A DNA stretch of 64,000 nucleotides, from the NCBI GenBank assembly GCA_030429625.1, contig JAUIFA010000001.1, positions 207,868-271,867 of the forward strand, in the 5' to 3' direction. Shown piece by piece: positions 37,670-47,572 of the stretch. The position numbers and the translations under genes are program-made. Below the pieces are notes generated by a model. That model saw only the letters and a list, made by a program, of their open reading frames with translations, did not search any database and was not told the origin of the DNA. This DNA comes from Alphaproteobacteria bacterium (lineage in GTDB: Bacteria > Pseudomonadota > Alphaproteobacteria > Rickettsiales > UBA8987). Position 1 is the first letter of the stretch. Every line of letters starts with the position of its first letter.

Positions 37670-39916
37670 ATGGTTGGTATTATATCTAACAGTGCGGCGT
37701 TGTTCGCACAGCGGAATCTTGGCGTTGCTGCTGCGGATTCTGAATCTTCAATTGCGAAACTTTCAAGTGGTAATAGAATTATCCGTGCTTCGGATGATGT
37801 TGCGGGCCTAGCGGTCGGTACGTCTTTGGCCACTACGGTTTCCACACTTAAAACGGTACTTGGTACAACAAACCAAGCATCTTCATTGCTTCAGATCGCC
37901 GATGGTGGTTTGAAAAACATTGCAGACATTCTTGCTCGTCAGAAATCACTGGCAGTATCAGCGAACTCCGGTTCACTGTCTGATACTGAACGTGCGTTCC
38001 TACAACAAGAATTTGCTGCTCTATCTACTGAGATTGACCGTATCGTAGATTCTACAGAATTTAACGGTATTAAACTTCTGGACGGTTCTGTGTCTGGTAA
38101 TGCAAATCTGACTACTGCAGAAGGCACGACAACAGAATATTACAGTCTTGATGATAAAACACACTATAGTGTTAATGGTGTGGGTTCAACCGGTACAGTA
38201 GATTCTATTTCTATTCAGGAAGGCGTTACTACTGCGGCGGTTCAAGGTCGTTTCAGCTTTGCGTTAACCATTACCGACAATACGTCTAGTGATGGTTTGT
38301 TCCAGTTCAACAGTGCTGCGGGTACAACCGTATCTGTGACCATTAATAGTGCTAGTGCTGCTACGGAAGCCGGTGATATTGTTGCTGCTCTTAATGCGGT
38401 TAACACTACCACTACTTCAGCAGCCTATGGTTGGCAGTTCTCTATTGAGGGTGCTTCTACCATCGTTGCCGAATATATTGGTAACTCTTTAACAGCCGCA
38501 CAAGTTAACGCTGCAACGGTTGAAATTACTGATGGTGGTACGACTACCATTGATATTAACCTCAACGGCGGCGGTAACCTTGCTAGTGGTGCGACTACGG
38601 CTGTAAACACCAATGCTGGTACGGCTTCTGGTACGCAAGCGGCTGTGGATGCGGTGTATGACAGCACAACTACTGTGTTTAGTTCTACGCTACAGGGTGC
38701 TATCACCAATATTGAGGCTCAGTTTGTTGCTGGTGCTCAAACAGGTGTGGGTACTTATACCAATAACACTGTGATTTTCACAGCTACTATTGGTGGTGTA
38801 AGCTATGTGTCTGATGCGATTGAACTTGCAGGAACTACTTACGTTCAAGCAACCGATACCGTAACATTGGGTACAACATTACTTGATAACACAGTGATTA
38901 ACTTCAGAGCGTCTGGTTCTACTGCAACAACGGCTCAGCATATCCAAATGACCATCAATGGTAATCAAACCATTGCAAGTCAGGCCAATGCAACCACTGT
39001 TGCTTCTACCATTGAATCAGAATTCACGACTGACAGTGTTACTATTTACCAAAGTCGTGAAGTTTCTAGCTTCAGTACAACCGCTATCGTAGGTACTGTG
39101 CTTGATGGTATTACTGCAGATAACGTGTTCTTGAAAGTGGATGATTTCAGTACCACAGGTACTTGGGGTGATATTAGCTCGTTCAATGTAGATCGTGTTG
39201 CGGGCACCATCACTGTTTCTATCAACGGTGTTGAATATCAAACTGACTTGAATGCATTCGGTGGTACTCATGTTGATAATACTTCATTCAACAATGATGC
39301 TGACCTTGTGTTCTCAAGTACGGATACAACGGATGCGCGTACCTTTACGCTTGATCTTGATGGTACAAGTGGTGGTGCTGGTCTGGATTTAACCACTATC
39401 AGCTATGGTACTGCTGCGGAAGAAGCTAATCTTGAAGCGGCATTAAACGCTGCCTTTGGCGTAGGTTCTAGTGAGGCTCTTACCTTCCAAGTAGGCTCTG
39501 ATGCAACAGATACTATTGGTGTATCTATCTCTAGTGCGGCCACAAGCGGTCTGTATGTAGATGCTGACGGTACTGCTGTATCTCTAAGCATTGCCACTGC
39601 GGGTGAAGCTTCATCTGCTAATGGTGGTGACGGTACAGGTTCAATTTTGGCCTCAAACGTTATTGACCGTGCGATCAGTAGTGTAACAAGTCTGCGTGCA
39701 GACGTTGGTGCGTTACAATCTAGGTTTAACTTTGCTGCGTCTAACATCAGTTCTGCAATTCAGAACACCGATGCTGCACGTAGTAGCTTCCTAGATGTGG
39801 ATGTTGCAGAGGAATCTACAACATTTGCAACTGCACAGGTTCGTTTGCAAGCGTCTATTTCAGTGCTTGCACAAGCAAACCAAATTCCACAAAACCTACT
39901 AAAACTTATCGGTTAG
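37670..39916 (+). CDS. fliC: Flagellin, 748 aa, with a large Ser/Thr-rich outer region
   Basis: KLSSGNRI...DDVAGLA, EIDRIVDSTEFNG, RADVGALQSRF, VLAQANQ; AGGAG RBS. Confidence 0.95.
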   Translation: MVGIISNSAALFAQRNLGVAAADSESSIAKLSSGNRIIRASDDVAGLAVGTSLATTVSTLKTVLGTTNQASSLLQIADGGLKNIADILARQKSLAVSANSGSLSDTERAFLQQEFAALSTEIDRIVDSTEFNGIKLLDGSVSGNANLTTAEGTTTEYYSLDDKTHYSVNGVGSTGTVDSISIQEGVTTAAVQGRFSFALTITDNTSSDGLFQFNSAAGTTVSVTINSASAATEAGDIVAALNAVNTTTTSAAYGWQFSIEGASTIVAEYIGNSLTAAQVNAATVEITDGGTTTIDINLNGGGNLASGATTAVNTNAGTASGTQAAVDAVYDSTTTVFSSTLQGAITNIEAQFVAGAQTGVGTYTNNTVIFTATIGGVSYVSDAIELAGTTYVQATDTVTLGTTLLDNTVINFRASGSTATTAQHIQMTINGNQTIASQANATTVASTIESEFTTDSVTIYQSREVSSFSTTAIVGTVLDGITADNVFLKVDDFSTTGTWGDISSFNVDRVAGTITVSINGVEYQTDLNAFGGTHVDNTSFNNDADLVFSSTDTTDARTFTLDLDGTSGGAGLDLTTISYGTAAEEANLEAALNAAFGVGSSEALTFQVGSDATDTIGVSISSAATSGLYVDADGTAVSLSIATAGEASSANGGDGTGSILASNVIDRAISSVTSLRADVGALQSRFNFAASNISSAIQNTDAARSSFLDVDVAEESTTFATAQVRLQASISVLAQANQIPQNLLKLIG

Positions 39917-39934
39917 TGGAAAGTATCTTTATGG

Positions 39935-39957
39935 TGGTGGGGCTTCGGCCTCACCAT
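39935..39957 (+). terminator. Hairpin after flagellin
   Basis: ggtggggc-ttcg-gcctcacc; weak U-tract. Confidence 0.6.
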
Positions 39958-40031
39958 CTATAAGATAATTTAATATTTTTCTATATTTCTGGAGAGGCAA
40001 TATAGAATTTTAGAACAAAAGGAGAGTAGTC

Positions 40032-40433
40032 ATGGAAAACTTTTCATTACCCAATACGGCACAGGCTTCACAGGCTTCGCAGGCTTCACAAACAGCGGCT
40101 GCGGCTCCAAGAACAGAAGTTCAGCATGCGGAAATTCAAGCGCAGAGAATTGTAAGCACAAAAGAAGCTGAGCAAACTCCATTGGATGCTCGTGACCAAG
40201 ATCAGGCGCGTTTTGATGCGGTTAAAAAGGCAGCTAAAAGAGTGGTTTCAACCAACCCGCTTTCGCCTAGTTCTGCGCGCTTTACGATTTATCGTGACAC
40301 AAATGTGTCGGGTGTGGTGTACGTAACACGTTTTACTAACATTTTTGATGGTAAGGTAACTTTAGTGCGTGATGAGCAGCTCTTAGCAGACTTTGCCAAA
40401 GAGCAAGGTACAATTCTTGATGGGGTTGTATAA
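40032..40433 (+). CDS. FlaG-like protein
   Basis: Located between fliC and fliD; low-complexity N-terminus; C-terminal GTILD. Confidence 0.5.
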   Translation: MENFSLPNTAQASQASQASQTAAAAPRTEVQHAEIQAQRIVSTKEAEQTPLDARDQDQARFDAVKKAAKRVVSTNPLSPSSARFTIYRDTNVSGVVYVTRFTNIFDGKVTLVRDEQLLADFAKEQGTILDGVV

Positions 40434-40471
40434 AAATATCAATAAAAGAGAGAGGACAATTTTGTTATCTT

Positions 40472-40486
40472 TGGCACGTTTTGTGC
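40472..40486 (+). promoter_or_regulatory. Sigma-54 -24/-12 promoter for fliD-fliS
   Basis: TGGCACGTTTTGTGC has GG-N10-GC spacing, 40 bp before the fliD ATG. Confidence 0.7.
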
Positions 40487-40526
40487 GTATTTTTAAGTAG
40501 CAATATTGTTATTGGGAGTATGAGTT

Positions 40527-43502
40527 ATGACAATTAATTTAGGGAGCATAGTGAATCTCAATGGTCGCTCCGTTGGTAGTGGGATATCGTCAGGGCTTGA
40601 CACTGAAGCTATCATTAATGCCTTAACTGAGGCAAGAAGAGCGCCGGCCGCACGTCTTGAAGACACAATCGAACTTAATCAGTCAAGAATCACGGCTTTT
40701 TCTTCTCTAAAAACCATTGTTGAAGGTTTGCGTTCCGCGGCAGATTTTTTACGTGCGCCGCCAGGCTTTAACAATGCATCTGATAATATTTTTATGTATC
40801 GGACAAGTTCTCTTTCTTCCAGCCTGAGTTCTATCTCTAACTATCTCGGGGTAACAGCTTCAGCAGGCGCTGGTATTGGTGATTATGATATTGAAATTGG
40901 TCAGGTGGCGCTAAACCGTCAACAAAGAACCGGCTCTTTTTCTAGTCAATCTTCGGATATTGTCGATGATGCAACAGGGGCAATTACTTCATTAGATTTC
41001 GGAGAAAATGAGCCAGTTGTAGACGATACTATCACCATTGGCGGTGCAACTTACACATTTGTGGAAAATGGAACAGACAGTGATGGAACCAGCATCGAAC
41101 TGGGAACAACATTAACAGAAACCTTGGCCAATATTAAATCCCATCTTTCCAGTACTAATGGGCAAGCCGTCCATGCGGATGTGGATAATTTTACCTATAG
41201 TGTTTCAGGCACGTCGATCATTGCCACCTCTAAAACAGTGGGTGGGGCAGACGATGCTATTGATTTTTCAGCTTCCATTGCGGCGGGTGCACCAACAGTA
41301 GGGGACACAGCAGGTTCATACGGCAACAGTGCGGGCATGTTTTCGGCTGGAATATTTCAATTTGCTTCTACCCTGGCGGTAGATGTTGCCTCTACCACAG
41401 ACACAAGTATTAATCTCACTTCATCGGACTATACCGTTAATGGTGCGGTGGGAAGCTCTGTCTTGTCAACGGGTATTTCCAACATCACCGTTGATGGGGA
41501 TGAACCTAATGGGTATAAAGGGTTACTAAGAACGATCACAGGTATTTCTGGTTCGTATGATGTGGATGCGGACACATTAACGCTTTCGGTTAGCATTAAC
41601 GGCAGAACATTTACATCCAATGAAATTAGTACCGCAGCCGGAGCAGGTAGTGATAGTATTGCCGCTGGGCAGACTATTACGTTTACGGACGGAGACGAAA
41701 CTTCGGCTACCAGCTTTGATGTGGTAGTCGGTGCAGAATATTTGATTGATGATACGGTAGAAAATGCGGACGCATTTGTGACTTCACTGGAAGCGGATTT
41801 GGCCTCACAAACTATTCTTCAGGATCGCGCGCTTTCCAATGTAAACACAGACAATATTCCACCGGCATCACCTCTTTATGGATTGACCTCCTCGGATGTG
41901 ATATACAGAACTGGGGATTATTCAAGCATTGGCCTAGCAGGAGACATCTCTGGATTTACCGTCACACGCAACGGCTCAAACGATACGGATATTTCTGTAA
42001 CAATAAACGATGAAGTGTTCACTGTCACAGGGCTTAGCGATACGTTAAATGGTAATATTACCCTTACAGGAAGTAACGGTGAGCAGCTCTCTCTTAATTT
42101 GGGAGATGCTGGTGTATCTTTTGATATTGCTGATGATGCAGCTGCGACGGAGCTTCAGAACGCATTGGATTTTGCTTTTGGCACAAAAAGCCTGACCCAC
42201 ATAGAAATAGAAAATGACTTTACGTTAGTAGATATCGCTGCGGCAATCAATGCGCAATCCTCTGCAAGCGGAGTTTCTGCTAGCATCGTGCAAGTCAGTG
42301 ATACGGATTTCCGTTTGACTTTGCAGGCTACGGATGTGGGTTTGGACAACTCTTATGAGATTGTTGATTATAACCAAGTGTGGCATGCTGGCACAGGCGA
42401 TGGCAGTGATGGGGTAGAAATGATCGCCGTACAATCTGCTCAAGATTCTTTCATCAGTGTTAATGGTATCGTGGTACAGAGGTCTTCAAATTCTATTGAT
42501 GACGTTATTGATAACATTACGTTTAGTATTCATGAGGTTACCGGTTCAGCGTTTACCAGCCAGTCTACCTATGATGCGTTAGGATCTCACACAGAGATTG
42601 TGGCGACCATTGCCAATGATACTGAAACAGTTGAATCTGCGGTTGTTAATTTTATCAATGCGTATAATGAATTTAGGGTGTTTGCAGCAACACAAACATT
42701 CCGTGATGCACAGGGTAATTTAGGGGAAGATGCGGTATTGGGCGATAACACGACCTTATCGACCTTAATCAATCAAATTTCAGGTGAAGTTTCCTCTGCT
42801 ATCAGCGGTGTATCTGACTCAGACTTTGCTACGTTAGGCGCTATTGGTATTACTTTGACGGATTATGATGGCGATGATGAAAATCCAGAGGTAAGCAATA
42901 TCCTAACCTATGACCCAGATAAGCTGTCTGCGGCATTGGCAAATAATTACGATGAGGTTCGTGAAATTTTTGAAATGTCCTTTTCTGCTAGCTCCAGTAA
43001 CTTGGCACTGTATGAAAGTAACAATAGTGCTACATTAACAGACTATCAGATAGACATTGACACGAGTCGTGAATCGGGTGATGAAGTGCGTATCTTGGAT
43101 TCAGATGGTGACTTCTTGTTCAATGCAACCCTCTCCAGTCTTGGTGGCAGTTATTATATTAGTGGGGATAGTGGAACAACACTTTCAGGGCTTGGCTTTA
43201 TCTATACCGGCGATGGAGATGATGTTATCACGGTTGGGTCGTCCTACGGTATTGCTGATCGTCTTTACAATATCATGGATGATTATGCTGAAGATGATGG
43301 TGTGATTGATACGACCGTAGCAGATATTGTGGATGAAAATGAAGACCTGGAGGTTGAAGTCACGGATATTGACTATGCGGTGGATCAGTATCGTCTACAA
43401 CTCATTGATCAATATACAGCACTTGAATCGGCTATCACTCAGGTCAATACGTTGCTGCAATTTATCGAATCACAGGCGAATTTGGCCGCGTCGGGTAACT
43501 AA
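40527..43502 (+). CDS. fliD: Flagellar filament cap FliD, 991 aa with large insertions
   Basis: GISSGLDTEAIINAL, SSNSIDDVI, VNFINAYN, LGAIGIT, QYTALE. Confidence 0.92.
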   Translation: MTINLGSIVNLNGRSVGSGISSGLDTEAIINALTEARRAPAARLEDTIELNQSRITAFSSLKTIVEGLRSAADFLRAPPGFNNASDNIFMYRTSSLSSSLSSISNYLGVTASAGAGIGDYDIEIGQVALNRQQRTGSFSSQSSDIVDDATGAITSLDFGENEPVVDDTITIGGATYTFVENGTDSDGTSIELGTTLTETLANIKSHLSSTNGQAVHADVDNFTYSVSGTSIIATSKTVGGADDAIDFSASIAAGAPTVGDTAGSYGNSAGMFSAGIFQFASTLAVDVASTTDTSINLTSSDYTVNGAVGSSVLSTGISNITVDGDEPNGYKGLLRTITGISGSYDVDADTLTLSVSINGRTFTSNEISTAAGAGSDSIAAGQTITFTDGDETSATSFDVVVGAEYLIDDTVENADAFVTSLEADLASQTILQDRALSNVNTDNIPPASPLYGLTSSDVIYRTGDYSSIGLAGDISGFTVTRNGSNDTDISVTINDEVFTVTGLSDTLNGNITLTGSNGEQLSLNLGDAGVSFDIADDAAATELQNALDFAFGTKSLTHIEIENDFTLVDIAAAINAQSSASGVSASIVQVSDTDFRLTLQATDVGLDNSYEIVDYNQVWHAGTGDGSDGVEMIAVQSAQDSFISVNGIVVQRSSNSIDDVIDNITFSIHEVTGSAFTSQSTYDALGSHTEIVATIANDTETVESAVVNFINAYNEFRVFAATQTFRDAQGNLGEDAVLGDNTTLSTLINQISGEVSSAISGVSDSDFATLGAIGITLTDYDGDDENPEVSNILTYDPDKLSAALANNYDEVREIFEMSFSASSSNLALYESNNSATLTDYQIDIDTSRESGDEVRILDSDGDFLFNATLSSLGGSYYISGDSGTTLSGLGFIYTGDGDDVITVGSSYGIADRLYNIMDDYAEDDGVIDTTVADIVDENEDLEVEVTDIDYAVDQYRLQLIDQYTALESAITQVNTLLQFIESQANLAASGN

Positions 43503-43527
43503 TAAAAACAAACAAGGGGTAGAAAAT

Positions 43528-44031
43528 ATGACGTATGATAAACAGTGTCAAGCATACACAAATAACAGCCACATGGTGCGTAAAACCAAGCAGGTTGTGA
43601 TGTTGTATGAGGGCGCGATACGTTTTCTACAACAAGCAAAAGCCGCAATAGAAGAGCAAAGAATAGAAGACCGTTTTAATATGCTGACCAAGGCATCGGA
43701 TGTGGTCACGGGTCTTCAGTTGAGTTTGGATAAGGAAAATGGTGGGGATATTGCCAACCTTCTGGATGATTATTATTCAGGTCTAGACATGCGCATTATG
43801 TCACTGCATCAGAGTAATGACCTGACCATGCTGGATATGTGTGTGCGTCATCTGAAAATGATGAAAGAAGCATGGGAAGAAATAGACCATAATCATGAAG
43901 AGGACGATGCTGGGTCGTTTAATGATTATGTTACTGTGGGTGAGAAAAATGATTCTGAGATTGATATGTCGGATCCTGAAGTTTCCCAGAAAATAATGAG
44001 TGTGGCAGACAGTATTAATGTCAGAGCCTAG
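43528..44031 (+). CDS. fliS: Flagellin chaperone FliS
   Basis: VMLYEGAIRFL, L.LSLD..NGGDIANLL..YY, AWEEI. Confidence 0.92.
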   Translation: MTYDKQCQAYTNNSHMVRKTKQVVMLYEGAIRFLQQAKAAIEEQRIEDRFNMLTKASDVVTGLQLSLDKENGGDIANLLDDYYSGLDMRIMSLHQSNDLTMLDMCVRHLKMMKEAWEEIDHNHEEDDAGSFNDYVTVGEKNDSEIDMSDPEVSQKIMSVADSINVRA

Positions 44032-44129
44032 GTTACCTTGCTCGTGCCAGATAAGACATTGCATATTATACCCAACTAATATATATAGCTTTTTCATGTT
44101 TAATAAAAACACTATACGATAAGGCTTAT

Positions 44130-45362
44130 ATGGCATTAATAGTACAAAAATTTGGTGGTACTTCGGTGGCGGATCTTGATTGTATTCGTAATGTGGCAAC
44201 CCGTGTTAAGAAAGAGGTCGATCAGGGCAATCAGGTGGTGGTAGTGCTTTCTGCGATGGCTGGGGTAACCAATCAGCTAGTGGGATGGGCCAATGAAGTC
44301 TCTGATTTTAGCGATCATAATCAATATGCAGAATATGACACGGTAGTGTGTACCGGAGAGCAGGTGACTGTTGGATTGTTAGCATTGTGCTTACAGAATA
44401 TGGGTATTTCTGCACGGTCATGGTTAAGCTGGCAATTGCCGATCAAAACCGACTCCTTCCATTCCAAAGCCCGTATTGAATCCATCGACACAACCAACAT
44501 ACGATCTTCTCTAGATAAGGGAGAGGTGGTTGTTATTCCTGGTTTTCAAGGCATTACCGAAGAAGGCAGACTGGCTACACTTGGCCGTGGTGGGTCGGAT
44601 ACTTCTGCGGTCGCAATGGCGGCGGTGCTTGAGGCAGATCGCTGTGATATTTACACCGATGTGGATGGGGTATATACCTCTGATCCTAGAATTGTCACCA
44701 AAGCACGCAAGCTCAACAAAGTAAGTTACGAAGAAGTGCTGGAAATGGCTTCTTTGGGCGCAAAAGTGTTGCACACACGTTCGGTTGAAATGGCCATGAA
44801 ATGTGGCGTAAAGGTTCAGGTGCGCTCGTCTTTTTCAGACGCACAGGGAACAATGTTAGTAGAAGAGGAAGAAGTTATGGAACGTCGTTTAATTACAGGC
44901 ATTGCGTACAGTCGTAATGATGCAGAAATCACCCTTTCCAAGGTCGAAAACATCCCCGGTGTGGCCGCACATATTTTTGGCCCTCTGGCAGAAAGAGAAA
45001 TCAATGTGGACATGATTGTCCAGTCTATTGGTGACGATGGTAATACCACCGACATCACCTTTACCGTGCCCAAAGAGGAAGTGCACAATGCCGTTGAGGC
45101 CATTGAAAACTCTCAGATCAAATACGACAAGATATTGAGCGACAAGGATGTAGCAAAAATATCAGTTATTGGGGTGGGAATGCGCTCTCACGCTGGTTTA
45201 GCACAAAAAATGTTCCAAACATTGGCGGATAAAGGTATAAATATTAGGGTGATTTCCACCTCAGAAATTAAAATCAGTGTGCTGGTTTCAGAAGAATATT
45301 TAGAGCTGGCTTTGCGCGCGTTGCACACAGCCTACGATTTAGACGATAAAGAGGCAGAATAA
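44130..45362 (+). CDS. lysC: Aspartokinase
   Basis: VQKFGGTSV, TLGRGGSDTSA, DVDGVYTSDPR, two ACT domains. Confidence 0.96.
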   Translation: MALIVQKFGGTSVADLDCIRNVATRVKKEVDQGNQVVVVLSAMAGVTNQLVGWANEVSDFSDHNQYAEYDTVVCTGEQVTVGLLALCLQNMGISARSWLSWQLPIKTDSFHSKARIESIDTTNIRSSLDKGEVVVIPGFQGITEEGRLATLGRGGSDTSAVAMAAVLEADRCDIYTDVDGVYTSDPRIVTKARKLNKVSYEEVLEMASLGAKVLHTRSVEMAMKCGVKVQVRSSFSDAQGTMLVEEEEVMERRLITGIAYSRNDAEITLSKVENIPGVAAHIFGPLAEREINVDMIVQSIGDDGNTTDITFTVPKEEVHNAVEAIENSQIKYDKILSDKDVAKISVIGVGMRSHAGLAQKMFQTLADKGINIRVISTSEIKISVLVSEEYLELALRALHTAYDLDDKEAE

Positions 45363-45363
45363 T

Positions 45364-46371
45364 ATGAGTAAGACCACATTAGAGCAGCTTTGGCAAAAAG
45401 GAACAGATTTTCTGGGAACTGAGGTTGCGATCATGTGTGGCGCAATGAGCTGGGTATCGGAAGCCAATCTGGTGGCGGCCATTTCCAATGCTGGCGGCTT
45501 TGGGGTGATTGCCTGCGGCGCGATGACACCGGAATTGCTGGACAAAGAAATTGAAAAGACCCAAGCAAAGACGCAAAAACCGTTTGGAGTGAACCTCATT
45601 ACCATGCACCCGGAGTTGGAAGAGCTCATTGCGGTCTGTGCCAAGCATAACATAACCCATGTGGTGTTGGCCGGTGGTTTGCCCAGTTCAGCCAGCATTC
45701 AGGCAATTAAAAAATTCGGGGCAAAGGTGGTATGTTTTGCGCCAGCCATTGCTCTGGTTAAAAAGCTGGTGCGCAGCGGGGCGGATGCTTTGATTATTGA
45801 AGGCTCAGAAGCGGGTGGTCATATTGGGCCAGTGTCTACGTCGGTATTGGCGCAGGAAATTTTGCCCTATGTACGGGAGAATCATCCTGAAATTCCGGTC
45901 TTTGTCGCCGGAGGAATTGGGCGTGGGGAAGCCATTGTCCAATATCTGCGTATGGGTGCTTCTGGCGTGCAGTTGGGTACGCGTTTTGTGTGTGCAGAAG
46001 AATCCATTGCCCATGAGAATTTCAAAAAATTATTCATCAAAAGCAAGGCCAAGGATGCGGTGGCTTCGGTGCAACTTGATCCGGATTTGCCGGTGATACC
46101 GGTACGTGCCATTGCTAATAAGGCTACGCAAGAATTTGAGCAGGTGCAAAGAGACACCTCGTCTGCCTTAAAAAATGGTGAGGTGGACAAAGAACAAGCA
46201 CAGTTAAAAGTCGAACATTATTGGGCGGGGGCATTGCGTCGTGCGGTGATGGACGGCGATGTGGAAAATGGCTCGGTGATGGCAGGTCAATCGGTCGGCA
46301 TGGTCGAAAAAATCCAACCGGCTAAAGAGATTATAGAAGAACTCATAAATCAGGCAAAGTCACAATTATAG
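45364..46371 (+). CDS. FabK-like flavin oxidoreductase (nitronate monooxygenase family)
   Basis: EGSEAGGHIG, AGGIG, GVQLGTRF, GDVENGSVMAGQ. Confidence 0.8.
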   Translation: MSKTTLEQLWQKGTDFLGTEVAIMCGAMSWVSEANLVAAISNAGGFGVIACGAMTPELLDKEIEKTQAKTQKPFGVNLITMHPELEELIAVCAKHNITHVVLAGGLPSSASIQAIKKFGAKVVCFAPAIALVKKLVRSGADALIIEGSEAGGHIGPVSTSVLAQEILPYVRENHPEIPVFVAGGIGRGEAIVQYLRMGASGVQLGTRFVCAEESIAHENFKKLFIKSKAKDAVASVQLDPDLPVIPVRAIANKATQEFEQVQRDTSSALKNGEVDKEQAQLKVEHYWAGALRRAVMDGDVENGSVMAGQSVGMVEKIQPAKEIIEELINQAKSQL

Positions 46372-46378
46372 GCATGCT

Positions 46379-46705
46379 ATGCATAAAAAATATCTGGAAG
46401 AACTTACTCAGGGCAACAAAGAACTCAAACAGGAATTACTGAAATTATTTTTTGATGGGATGGGAAAGAATCTGCCCTTATTGCACGATTTATCGTCTTC
46501 GGTCGAAGAGGACAAACGTTGGAAAGAAATCATCCATGAAGTCAAAGGGTCGTCACTCTCTCTTGGTTTTGCGAACTTAACCGAAAAATGTAGGCAGGCG
46601 GAGCAAATTCCGGCCGCATCGGTGGATGAGAAAAAAGCGATTTTGCAGGGCATGGAGCAAGATATTGCTTCACTGGCGCAGGATTTTTCCGATCTGCTGG
46701 GCTAA
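46379..46705 (+). CDS. Stand-alone Hpt phosphotransfer protein
   Basis: HEVKGSSLSLG phospho-His motif. Confidence 0.85.
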   Translation: MHKKYLEELTQGNKELKQELLKLFFDGMGKNLPLLHDLSSSVEEDKRWKEIIHEVKGSSLSLGFANLTEKCRQAEQIPAASVDEKKAILQGMEQDIASLAQDFSDLLG

Positions 46706-46777
46706 TTTCGCTACGGGGCAAATTTTCTGTTGCATCTTGGCGATTGTTTGAGTAGTAACATGCCCACGCTTTTGTGT

Positions 46778-46845
<68 letters not shown>

Positions 46846-46854
<9 letters not shown>

Positions 46855-47562
46855 TTTCTTTCTTAGAAAAGATAAGGTAACATCAGGTAATCGTATATAT
46901 CCTTCTTCCATCAGATGAGAGAATATTTACGGACTTAAAGGAAGATAAATCCTCTGAGGTAACATTATTAGCTATTTGTTCAGTCATTCCTTTCCAGGTA
47001 TCATCAAAATCAGGGACATCCCTGAGGTAAATGAGTAGATTTACTGGATCAGAGTAATTTTTAGATATTTTCCTTTCTAGAGCCATTTTTATTGCATAAA
47101 CGGCTATATTAAACAGTGTATTAGTATTCCATCCAATACCCGTAAGCTCACCGTTTACTACCTTTCCAAAAATGCGACTGTCTTTATCAGGATGATTCGT
47201 TCCACCCTCAAAGGCATCTGTTATTTCGTATGCTTCTATAGAATTTCTGTCGCCAAATAAAATTTCTCCATCAGGAAATTCTTCACGTATTAGCCGCAAC
47301 TGAGGTTTCGCGTCAGAAGGAAATGTAGAACAAAAGTTAGCCAGTACCCATGCTTCACGTAAGTCTTTGGAATCAGCAAAGCGTCCTAACCCTTGCCTTT
47401 TAGCTATCTCTGGTAAACACTCAAGCACCTCTTGGACTTCGTGGAAACCATAAAGAAAATCAGAATCAGTCATATCCTGTCTTGTTAACAGATAACTGTA
47501 AAACAAGCAATCTTAATTCAGGAAAGGTTCGAAATGCGTTCACTTTCCCCGACCATTTCTTT
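46846..47562. mobile_element. Mini genomic island remnant at tRNA-Pro
   Basis: 16-bp repeat ccccgaccatttcttt at 46846-46861 and 47547-47562, each preceded by aggttcgaa. Confidence 0.75.
46883..47506 (-). CDS. Island cargo protein, possible PD-(D/E)xK-like fold
   Basis: EFPDG...YEIT; start codon uncertain. Confidence 0.6.
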   Translation of the reverse strand: MFYSYLLTRQDMTDSDFLYGFHEVQEVLECLPEIAKRQGLGRFADSKDLREAWVLANFCSTFPSDAKPQLRLIREEFPDGEILFGDRNSIEAYEITDAFEGGTNHPDKDSRIFGKVVNGELTGIGWNTNTLFNIAVYAIKMALERKISKNYSDPVNLLIYLRDVPDFDDTWKGMTEQIANNVTSEDLSSFKSVNILSSDGRRIYTIT

Positions 47563-47572
47563 TCAGAGTTAC

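Noticed and set aside
40060-40089. 9-bp tandem repeat (QAS x3) in the flaG-like gene
   Set aside because: Short low-complexity linker of little significance
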